From the IMG/VR virus record IMGVR_UViG_3300028833_000001, positions 255,171-319,170 of that record: a stretch of DNA of 64,000 bases. One strand, given 5' to 3'. Positions 19,038 through 27,311 of this stretch are shown here, in pieces; the first letter of the stretch is position 1; each line of letters begins with the position of its first letter. Source of the DNA: a virus. Its lineage: Duplodnaviria; Heunggongvirae; Uroviricota; Caudoviricetes. The notes under the pieces are model-generated. The model was not told the origin of the DNA, searched no databases, and worked only from the letters and a program-made list of their open reading frames with translations. Both the position numbers and the translations under genes were made by a program.

Positions 19038-19814
19038 ATGATGGCTATTCTTTGTAAGAATAAGGATAATATATATTGGTTATTATGGGGTAATCCTGGT
19101 GATACGATTTATTCTTATAGTAGATTCACAAACCCAGAATCACTAGACAGTAAGTATTTTGACCAAACGAAACTTGTGGATATGCGACAATTTAATTGTA
19201 GATATTATGAAGGGTTCAAAGACAATAGACATCACATAACAACATCGTCTTACTATCGTATTATAATTCCATATCTTTCGTTATTGTTGGGTTTTAATTT
19301 TGATATTAATGATTTTGACAAAATCACGTACATAACAAATGAATATCCAAAACCATCTTATTTAATAAGTAGCGGTGGGGTTAGATTTGATTGTTCTTAT
19401 TTGTGGCCAAAAAAGGATTATAAATTTACGTTAGATATTGGCGGCGAGCGCGTTTGTGAACATGAGAATTTTGAATGCCTTACAAATGCAACAGATAAAT
19501 GGGATAAAAAATATGGTGCGTGTGGAACTGAATACCATAAACTTTTTAGAGGTTCTCATGAATCATCTGTCGTTATAAATGAAACAATTGACAGCGACAA
19601 ATCAATTTGTATTAGTGGCGATTCGTTCTTTATACCAATAGTTCCAATATTGGCTTGTTACTTTAAAGAGGTTGTATATTTAGACACAAGATTGGATGAA
19701 AAAGTACAAGTATCAAGAAAAAAATATTACGAAGGAAAGGTTTTTGATTTTGTAATAATAAGTTGTTGGGAGGGTAATTCAATTTTCAAATATTTGAAGT
19801 TTAATTTAGAATAA
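19038..19814 (+). CDS. SGNH/AlgX-AlgJ/DHHW-like protein, putative glycan O-acetylation factor
   Basis: C-terminal KSICISGDSF...PILACYFKEVVYLDTR pattern. Confidence 0.5.
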   Translation: MMAILCKNKDNIYWLLWGNPGDTIYSYSRFTNPESLDSKYFDQTKLVDMRQFNCRYYEGFKDNRHHITTSSYYRIIIPYLSLLLGFNFDINDFDKITYITNEYPKPSYLISSGGVRFDCSYLWPKKDYKFTLDIGGERVCEHENFECLTNATDKWDKKYGACGTEYHKLFRGSHESSVVINETIDSDKSICISGDSFFIPIVPILACYFKEVVYLDTRLDEKVQVSRKKYYEGKVFDFVIISCWEGNSIFKYLKFNLE

Positions 19815-19815
19815 T

Positions 19816-19843
19816 AAACGGATTTAAACAGTTCGTTTTTTTT
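19816..19843 (+). terminator. Intrinsic terminator
   Basis: aaacgga...ttcgttt followed by a T tract. Confidence 0.55.
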
Positions 19844-19852
19844 GTTTTATAA

Positions 19853-19881
19853 TTGACAATATTAGTTTTTATTTTTATTTT
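19853..19881 (+). promoter_or_regulatory. Putative promoter TTGACA-N17-TATTTT
   Basis: Perfect -35 with a 17-nt spacer, upstream of the methyltransferase-GT operon. Confidence 0.5.
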
Positions 19882-19897
19882 TTAATAAAAACTTAAT

Positions 19898-20515
19898 ATG
19901 AACATTTTTAATTATTTAATAGAACAAAACAACTACAAAAGTTATTTGGAAATTGGTTTAGATAACGCTGGAACGTTCAATAGTATAAACATAGAAAACA
20001 AATATAGCGTTGACCCTTATTTTATGACTGGCATGGATAATATACGAAGAGAAGAAGACATACCAAAATGTTTGACATGGAGAATGACGTCTGACGAAAT
20101 GTTTGAAACCGTAGCAAAAGACATGAAATTTGATTTAATCTATATTGACGGTATGCACACAGAAGAACAGGTTGGAAGAGATATAATAAACGGCTTAAAA
20201 CATTTAAACGTTGGTGGAAAGTTGGTTTGTGACGATTGCATACCAGCAAGCTACGAGGCACAAATAGTCCCTCGAATTCAAGGGTTATGGAATGGCGATG
20301 TATGGAAAGCTATTGTAATGCTTGACAAATATGGTGTGTCATATAGGACAATCAATGAAGCCTTTGGTTGGTGTGTTATAGATTATACTGAAAATTTATC
20401 AAATGTTAATCAATTACAAAAATGTACTATAACGTATGAAGAGTTTGAGCGTAATAAAAGCAAACTGTTACATATAATCACGATGGATGAGTTTATTGAG
20501 TTATATAAGAAATAA
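19898..20515 (+). CDS. Class I SAM-dependent methyltransferase (Methyltransf_24-like), putative sugar O-methyltransferase
   Basis: YLEIG, SVDP, TSDEMF, FDLIYIDGMH, LNVGGKLVCDD, WNGDVWK. Confidence 0.85.
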   Translation: MNIFNYLIEQNNYKSYLEIGLDNAGTFNSINIENKYSVDPYFMTGMDNIRREEDIPKCLTWRMTSDEMFETVAKDMKFDLIYIDGMHTEEQVGRDIINGLKHLNVGGKLVCDDCIPASYEAQIVPRIQGLWNGDVWKAIVMLDKYGVSYRTINEAFGWCVIDYTENLSNVNQLQKCTITYEEFERNKSKLLHIITMDEFIELYKK

Positions 20516-20552
20516 AATTACAAAATGGATAACATAAGAAAAGAAAAAAAAT

Positions 20553-21377
20553 ATGATTGAAAATTCAGTTATTGTGATACTTAAAGGTCGATTTGGTAAT
20601 ATATTATTCCAAATAGCGGCTGGGATGTCTTATTCTGTTAAATATAATAAAAATTTATATTTGTTTCCTGGTAATGGCGGTGGGTGGATTAATTATTATC
20701 CGTTATATAATGATTTCTTGAAAAATTTTAAGATAATTAATCAAGAAGATTTTGACAAAATAAACGGTGTGTTTTGGAATGAAACAGAACCAACACATGA
20801 GTATATAGAATTTCCAGATGTTAATAAACAAAATTTGATAATTGATGGATATTGGCAAGATTTAAGGTATATAGATTTTAACGTTATTTCACCTAAATTT
20901 ATGTGTCCATCTGATAAAATAGAAAGTATTAAGGAAAGACTTAATGTGAAAAATTATGATGATTACGTTTTTATGTCAATTAGACATGGCTTAGATTATC
21001 AAAGATATAATGTAGCACTATCTATGGAGTGGTTTGAAAATGTCTATAACAAACATTTTGAAAACAAAAAGGCAATAATAGCTACCGATGATATTTTATT
21101 TGTTGAAAAAAATCTAAATATACCAGACAAACGCATTATTCCAATGTGTGATGATTTTTATTTAAGTCATGAAAACCTATATTTAGGAACGTTTTTTAAG
21201 AATCAAATAATATCAAACAGTTCATATTCAATTTGGGGTGCATTGTTTCAAAACAATTCGGACCAAAAAATTGTTTACCCAAGTGATTGGTTTGGTGTAG
21301 GCTCTAAAATAATAAGTGTGCCAACAAAGGATAATTGGATTTGTGAAGGTGCAATTTTTGAAAATCATAAACAATGA
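20553..21377 (+). CDS. Glycosyltransferase family 11 (alpha-1,2-fucosyltransferase-like)
   Basis: GRFGNILFQ, GYWQ, SIRHGLDY (variant of HxRRGD), TDD, IISNSSYSIWGA, YPSDW. Confidence 0.85.
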   Translation: MIENSVIVILKGRFGNILFQIAAGMSYSVKYNKNLYLFPGNGGGWINYYPLYNDFLKNFKIINQEDFDKINGVFWNETEPTHEYIEFPDVNKQNLIIDGYWQDLRYIDFNVISPKFMCPSDKIESIKERLNVKNYDDYVFMSIRHGLDYQRYNVALSMEWFENVYNKHFENKKAIIATDDILFVEKNLNIPDKRIIPMCDDFYLSHENLYLGTFFKNQIISNSSYSIWGALFQNNSDQKIVYPSDWFGVGSKIISVPTKDNWICEGAIFENHKQ

Positions 21378-24300
21378 AAACAGCAATTTGTTGTATAGCT
21401 AAAATGGAAAACCACTATATTAGAGAGTGGGTGGAATGGTATAAAAACATCGGTGTTGACAATATTATTTTGTATGACAATAACGATATTGATGGTGAAA
21501 GATTTGAAGACGTAATAAACGATTATATAACAGATGGTTTTGTTATATTAAACAATGTTCGTGGTAAAGAAAAATGGCAAATGCCATCATACCAAGATTG
21601 TTACGAAAAATATTCAGACAAATATGATTGGATTGGCTTTTTTGATGCCGATGAGTTTTTGGAATTTGACAACAACAAAACAATTTCAGATTTCCTTAAT
21701 GAAGATATTTTCAAAGAAGCTGATTTCATAAAGGTTTGTTGGAAAAATTTCAGTGACAATGGATTGCTACGGGTTGAAAATGAAAATTATTCAATAAAAC
21801 GATTTACAAAGGTAATCGAAGAAAAATCTCAAACATCGTTTTTAGCTAATAGAAGTACAAAGATTATAATTAGAACAAAGTTGCCAAACTTTCATTTTTA
21901 TATGGAACCAGGTGGAGAGCATGGGTGGCATCTTCCGTTCAAATCTATTGATTGTCATGGTAATCCTTGCAATAACAATACACAAGTTATTGGTGAAAGA
22001 ATTTGGGACAATGCTTGGTTAAATCACTATCGTTTTAAGACTATGGAAGAATATTGCAAACATAAGCTTGTTAGATTATACCCAGATGTTGATAAAAAAA
22101 CAGGGGAGTCTTGGTTAAACAAGAATGAATTTTTTGATTATAATGAGTGGACTCAAGAAAAAGAAAATTTATATAATAAAATTATGGACGTAAAGGAACA
22201 AAAATTAGTATGTACGATTTTAAATTACAAACACGATGATAATGCATTGAGATTATATAACGCATTGAAAAATCGTTTTGTTACGTATCTTATAGATACA
22301 AATTACTTGGATAACGGTGGTAAGTGTCCATTTGATAAGAATGATGAGCATGTTATTCTTGAGCATAATTTATATAACGGTGGTGGTTTTATTAAGGAAT
22401 ATGAAATTTTATGTCAAGAAAACGGAAATGTTGCGTTTGAGATAAATTCAGATGTTGAGTTTGATGATGCTAATTTGAATAAATTGTTAGATGTTATAAA
22501 TGATGTAAAATACGATAAAAGAATTGGCGTTTGGGAACCGTCTGCTAGACAAGGTTCTATGTGCAATGGCTCAACACAGTTGTTGTTGACAAATATCCAT
22601 CAGTATAATCAAGGCACAAACTTCATGAGAAAAGTAAAGTGCGGAGAAGGCTGGTGTATGTTAGCTAAAAAAGAGGTTTTAGATATGGTAATACCGCATC
22701 TAGATTATGAAAACAATAAATATGGGTGGGGTGTAAATGATGCATATAATAGGGCGGCAAGAAAATTAGGCTTGGATGTTGTAATAGACGATAGGGTTAT
22801 GGCTTATCATCCAGCTGGAACTGGATATTCCCATCAAGAAGCTGCTGCTGAGTATGAGCGTTTTAAGTCTAGGTTTCAAGAGTTAGGATTAGATGAGCCA
22901 CAACCAAAATCTCCTAACGAAATTAAAACACTTATTTGTTGCATAGGAAAGAACGAGAATAGATATATTATAGAATATGTTAATTGGTATAAACACATAG
23001 GTGTGACAAATATTTGTTTATATGACAACAATGACGTCGATGGTGAAAGGTTTGAAGATATAATCGGAGATGATATTAACTCTGGATATGTCATTTATAA
23101 TGATTGGAGAGGAAAGAAAGATTGCCAGATAGATGCATATAATGACTGTTATCAACGTTTTGGCGGAGAATACGATTGGATTTTATTTATAGATTGTGGA
23201 GACGAATATCTTGAATTGACTAGATGTAAAACAATTGGAGAATATTTGGCGATGCCACAGTTTGTTAATTTTGATATGATACATATTAATTTAATGACAA
23301 TTGGCGATAATGGTTTGACAAAATATGATGATAGGCCGTTGCGTGTAAGATTTCCAGAAGAAATATCGCATAACACCAAAATAGCTTATGATTTTCCAGA
23401 AAACTATCATATTTCGTCAATTGTTAGGGGTGGAAGAAATGATGTTGTGTTTAACAAGGTTGGGTGGTCACACACGCCAATTTCAGATAATTTGAGGTGT
23501 TGTAACAATGTTGGTTTTACGGTTGATAGCAAATCTCCGTTTTGTAAGGATGACTACACGTTGGCATATTTTAAACACTACACAACGAAGACGGCTGAGG
23601 AATATGTGGAAAAAATGAAACGAGGGTTTCCAGACCAAATGTGGGATGGCAGCAGAATTAAAGAACTAATCGAAACAAGGTTTTTTAGGACAAACGTTGT
23701 AACGCAAGAAAAAATAGACATATTCAAGGAGGCATTTGATTTGGATTTCAGTTATTTGTTACCAAAAAAATACAATGGAGAAAAAAGTAACGATGTAAAA
23801 ATTTTCTCTTTATGTTATGATAAGAAGAATTTCCAATTCATTGATGATGCGTATGTTACTCCATTGCAGGTTGGAGCAGCAAATGGGAAATATGTTTGTG
23901 ACCTAAAGGATAATACTGGAGACAATATTTCTGGTATAAATTATTTCTTTATAGAAAACACAGGCACTTATTGGATTTGGAAAAACGTTCATGGGGCAAA
24001 ATATAAGGGACAAATGCAATATAGAAGGCCAATGTTCGGTGTGAACGAAAATATGGATATTGACACTATATTTGAACAATATGACGTTATTACATGTTCT
24101 CCGTTTTACCACAAAGAACACAATACGCCAACTCCAGAAGAACCTATGTGCATTCCAGCGAACACTGTTGAAGAGGGTTATGGTTTTTCCAATTGTATTG
24201 ATGATTTGTATGTTTTGGAAATGGTTATAAAGTTTTATTTTCCAGATTATTATCCAGATTATGTGAAATACATAAAAGAAAGTGATAGGTTATATTACTC

Positions 24301-24619
24301 AAACGGTTTCATCATGAAATCCGATGATTATGACAGATATGCCGAATTTTTATTTGCATGTTTAAATGTATATGCACAATTAACTGGGATAAGAACGCCA
24401 GATGATTTAGTAAACCATGTAAAATATAATTTAGAAGTCGGAAAATATAAAAGATACCAGCCAAACGAAATTAACGACGCGATTTTAAGGTGGCAATGTT
24501 CAATTTGCGGATTCTTGAGCGAGAGAATATGGACATTATGGGTGCAGCACAATTTCAGGCATCCAAGAATATTTGAATTGCCATACATAAAGATGGAACC
24601 AGACAAAATGTATACGTAA
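21374..24619 (+). CDS. Four-domain glycosyltransferase: GT92/GT2-like, GT-A, GT92/GT2-like, DUF4422-like
   Basis: Duplicated CCIxKxEN...LYDNND domains; central NSDV domain; C-terminal TPLQVG, DNTGDNIS, ENTGTYWIWKN, QYRR, GFLSER. Confidence 0.85.
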   Translation: MKTAICCIAKMENHYIREWVEWYKNIGVDNIILYDNNDIDGERFEDVINDYITDGFVILNNVRGKEKWQMPSYQDCYEKYSDKYDWIGFFDADEFLEFDNNKTISDFLNEDIFKEADFIKVCWKNFSDNGLLRVENENYSIKRFTKVIEEKSQTSFLANRSTKIIIRTKLPNFHFYMEPGGEHGWHLPFKSIDCHGNPCNNNTQVIGERIWDNAWLNHYRFKTMEEYCKHKLVRLYPDVDKKTGESWLNKNEFFDYNEWTQEKENLYNKIMDVKEQKLVCTILNYKHDDNALRLYNALKNRFVTYLIDTNYLDNGGKCPFDKNDEHVILEHNLYNGGGFIKEYEILCQENGNVAFEINSDVEFDDANLNKLLDVINDVKYDKRIGVWEPSARQGSMCNGSTQLLLTNIHQYNQGTNFMRKVKCGEGWCMLAKKEVLDMVIPHLDYENNKYGWGVNDAYNRAARKLGLDVVIDDRVMAYHPAGTGYSHQEAAAEYERFKSRFQELGLDEPQPKSPNEIKTLICCIGKNENRYIIEYVNWYKHIGVTNICLYDNNDVDGERFEDIIGDDINSGYVIYNDWRGKKDCQIDAYNDCYQRFGGEYDWILFIDCGDEYLELTRCKTIGEYLAMPQFVNFDMIHINLMTIGDNGLTKYDDRPLRVRFPEEISHNTKIAYDFPENYHISSIVRGGRNDVVFNKVGWSHTPISDNLRCCNNVGFTVDSKSPFCKDDYTLAYFKHYTTKTAEEYVEKMKRGFPDQMWDGSRIKELIETRFFRTNVVTQEKIDIFKEAFDLDFSYLLPKKYNGEKSNDVKIFSLCYDKKNFQFIDDAYVTPLQVGAANGKYVCDLKDNTGDNISGINYFFIENTGTYWIWKNVHGAKYKGQMQYRRPMFGVNENMDIDTIFEQYDVITCSPFYHKEHNTPTPEEPMCIPANTVEEGYGFSNCIDDLYVLEMVIKFYFPDYYPDYVKYIKESDRLYYSNGFIMKSDDYDRYAEFLFACLNVYAQLTGIRTPDDLVNHVKYNLEVGKYKRYQPNEINDAILRWQCSICGFLSERIWTLWVQHNFRHPRIFELPYIKMEPDKMYT

Positions 24620-24624
24620 AAATC

Positions 24625-24647
24625 AGCGGCCAACCAGCCGCTTTTTT
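24625..24647 (+). terminator. Intrinsic terminator ending the glycan island
   Basis: agcggc-caacca-gccgct followed by a T tract. Confidence 0.8.
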
Positions 24648-24702
24648 ATTTATTATAAACAATAAAAGAATTATATTGTATAAAACAAAAAAATCAAAAA
24701 AT

Positions 24703-24710
24703 CTATTTAT
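24703..24710 (+). promoter_or_regulatory. Putative late promoter CTATTTAT for the baseplate operon
   Basis: Immediately upstream of the gp25-like gene. Confidence 0.6.
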
Positions 24711-24725
24711 TGATATAAAATCTGA

Positions 24726-25121
24726 ATGGTTATGGGTAAGACTCAAAAATATGGAATAAAATATCCTTTTTCGTCAAATAATTCTGATAATGTGTATTTG
24801 GACACGAATGATACGTTTTCAGAAAGTATTAAATCACAACTATTGCATTTGATTTTCACAGAAAAAGGACAGAGGATTAGAGACCCAGAATTTGGCACTG
24901 GATTGATTAATTTTATTTTTCAGCCAAATGACGGAGATACTATAGGCAGTATTAAAAACGAAATAATAACGCAGGTAAATAAGTATATACCAGGATTAAT
25001 ATTCGATGAAATTAAAGTGTATAAGCAAGATGATGAATTATCGAATATTATTGTATCTATAACGTATTCAATAAAAAAAGGAAATAAATTAGACACAACA
25101 ACTGTGGCAGTAAAATTATAA
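24726..25121 (+). CDS. Baseplate wedge / sheath initiator, gp25/GPW-like
   Basis: GIKYPF, IKSQLLHLIFTEKGQRIRDPEFGTGLINFIFQP. Confidence 0.9.
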   Translation: MVMGKTQKYGIKYPFSSNNSDNVYLDTNDTFSESIKSQLLHLIFTEKGQRIRDPEFGTGLINFIFQPNDGDTIGSIKNEIITQVNKYIPGLIFDEIKVYKQDDELSNIIVSITYSIKKGNKLDTTTVAVKL

Positions 25122-25128
25122 TTGTAAC

Positions 25129-27063
25129 ATGGATAAACAAATTTCATATTTAAATAGAACGTTTAGTGACTATAAGGAAGCTCTTATTGAGTTCTCAAAA
25201 AAATATTACCCAGACTTAAATGTAACTTACAACGATGCGTCTGTGGCTTCTTGGTTGATAGACCTTAATGCGTCTGTAGCTGACAATCTTTCTTATCATA
25301 TTGACAGGGTTTACCAAGAAACAAATTTAGATAGCGCGCAAGAACGAAGCTCGTTGTTGAATATGGCCAGAAGTTGTGGGGTTAAAGTTCCAGGGCCAAA
25401 GGCTTCTATGGCGGAGGTCAGGTTTTATTGTGTTTTGCCAACAAATAACGAAGGAAATGCCCCAGATTATACATATGCGCCAATCATAAAACGTGGGACT
25501 AGATTGTCTTCTGCAACGCAAATTTTTGAGGTAATGGAGGATGTTGATTTCTCTGAACAATTTAATAACGACGGTATTAGTGACAGAACATATAAACCTA
25601 ATAGAAACAGTAATAATGTTATCACTGGTTATACTGTCACAAAATTAAGTGTTGTTGTGGCTGGTGAATCTAGGGTTTTTAGGCAGATAATTAACACTCA
25701 AGACGTTAAACCGTTTATGGAAATTGTTATTCCGTACAAAAATGTGATGAATGTTGAGTCGGTATTAGTTGTTGATGGCACTGGAGACATGGATGTTCCA
25801 ACTTACGGGGCGTTTTATACAGAGATTGAATCTTGTGATAATGGTACAAGGTTTTTTGAGGTTGATAGTCTGGCGGAAGGTGAAAGATGGGGCGACGCTA
25901 TCGACCCAACAAGTAAAAGGGCCTTAAAATACAAATATGGTTATAGCAGCGACGGTTCTGTTGCAGCAACTTATTGTGTAACAAAGGGCGAATGGAAACC
26001 AGTGCACCATAAATTTATTACAGAGTACACTGATAGTGGTTATATGAAATTAACATTTGGTGCTGGTGTTAATTTTCAACAAGAGACTCTAAGCGAAGCT
26101 ACAAATATGACTGATTTTGCTAAATGGCAAATTTCCAGAGCATTAAATAACGATTCATTAGGTGTACTTCCAACAGGAAACAGCACAATGTTTATTCTTT
26201 ATAGGATTGGCGGAGGAACAGCAAGTAACGTTGCAGAGGGTGCAATTAATAGGATATCGTATTTGAACGCGGAATATCGCGGCCAAAACCAAGAATACAT
26301 TAATCAGATAAAGAAAACAATTAGGGTTAGAAATACAACTCCATCTGTATGCGGTAAAGACGCCCCGTCAAACGAAGAATTAAAATACTTAATAAAATAC
26401 AACAAAGCGGCACAGGAAAGATGTGTTACTGTTAAGGATTATATTGATAGAATTTTAAACTTGCCGCCAAAATATGGCACGCCATTTAGGGTTGGAGTCA
26501 CTGAAGAAAACAATAAAATAATGATTTATCTTCTTGGATTAAATAGCAACGGCAAATTGGACTCAAATCTTCCTATAACATTAGTCAAGAACATTGAGAA
26601 ATATTTGTCTCATTATAAGATGATAAACGATTTTGTTGAAATTAAATCTGGTAGAATAATTAATTTGGAGTTTGAGGCTGATATTATAATAGACAAAAAT
26701 TATAATAGTTCAGATGTCGTTTCAAATGTTATTAACACCATTAAGAATTACATGGATATCAACTCTCATATGATGGGTGAAGAAATCTATATTGGTGACT
26801 TGGAAAAGGAGATTTCAAAGGTTGACGGTGTTATAAATTTAATTGACTTATCAATATACAACATAACATCAAATGGCTATTCCAGTACCCAAATTTCTCA
26901 GCCAACAGTGGAATTTGATTCAAACAGTGTCTCTATTATAAGCGAAAATGAAGAGAAAATAGATTTAGATGCTACTGATGGGATATTATATAATGATGGT
27001 GATTGTATGATGGAGATTAAAAATCCTTCAATTAATATTAGAATTAGGGTAAAGGAAAAGTAA
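25129..27063 (+). CDS. Baseplate wedge subunit, T4 gp6 / baseplate J-like
   Basis: YLNRTFSDYKEAL, LDSAQERSS, LTFG, YRIGGG, GKDA, QERCVTVKDY; follows gp25. Confidence 0.88.
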   Translation: MDKQISYLNRTFSDYKEALIEFSKKYYPDLNVTYNDASVASWLIDLNASVADNLSYHIDRVYQETNLDSAQERSSLLNMARSCGVKVPGPKASMAEVRFYCVLPTNNEGNAPDYTYAPIIKRGTRLSSATQIFEVMEDVDFSEQFNNDGISDRTYKPNRNSNNVITGYTVTKLSVVVAGESRVFRQIINTQDVKPFMEIVIPYKNVMNVESVLVVDGTGDMDVPTYGAFYTEIESCDNGTRFFEVDSLAEGERWGDAIDPTSKRALKYKYGYSSDGSVAATYCVTKGEWKPVHHKFITEYTDSGYMKLTFGAGVNFQQETLSEATNMTDFAKWQISRALNNDSLGVLPTGNSTMFILYRIGGGTASNVAEGAINRISYLNAEYRGQNQEYINQIKKTIRVRNTTPSVCGKDAPSNEELKYLIKYNKAAQERCVTVKDYIDRILNLPPKYGTPFRVGVTEENNKIMIYLLGLNSNGKLDSNLPITLVKNIEKYLSHYKMINDFVEIKSGRIINLEFEADIIIDKNYNSSDVVSNVINTIKNYMDINSHMMGEEIYIGDLEKEISKVDGVINLIDLSIYNITSNGYSSTQISQPTVEFDSNSVSIISENEEKIDLDATDGILYNDGDCMMEIKNPSINIRIRVKEK

Positions 27064-27311
27064 TGGGGTGTCAATGTAAAGTTACAAAAAACATAAATTA
27101 TATACAGCAGACATATGGAGCCAACCAGATAGTTAGAAAAAAAACTAATATCAGAGGTATGGTGTCAAAGGGTGTGTCAAGTGTTGTAGTGTTTATATTA
27201 GAGTTACCAATTATTCCAATAATGTTTTTGATTAACATTTTCAAATCATTAACAACAAGTAAAATAAATTTTTCAAAACTTATAAGACCTCTAGGGAATG
27301 TCAGAGATTAA
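27063..27311 (+). CDS. Small protein with N-terminal CxC and a hydrophobic segment
   Basis: MGCQCK start; VVVFILELPIIPIMFLINIF. Overlaps both neighbours. Confidence 0.65.
   Translation: MGCQCKVTKNINYIQQTYGANQIVRKKTNIRGMVSKGVSSVVVFILELPIIPIMFLINIFKSLTTSKINFSKLIRPLGNVRD

Noticed and set aside
20525-20560. KKYD as a remnant of UDP-galactopyranose mutase (MKKYDYLIVG-like start)
   Set aside because: A four-residue match is too short to support an assignment.
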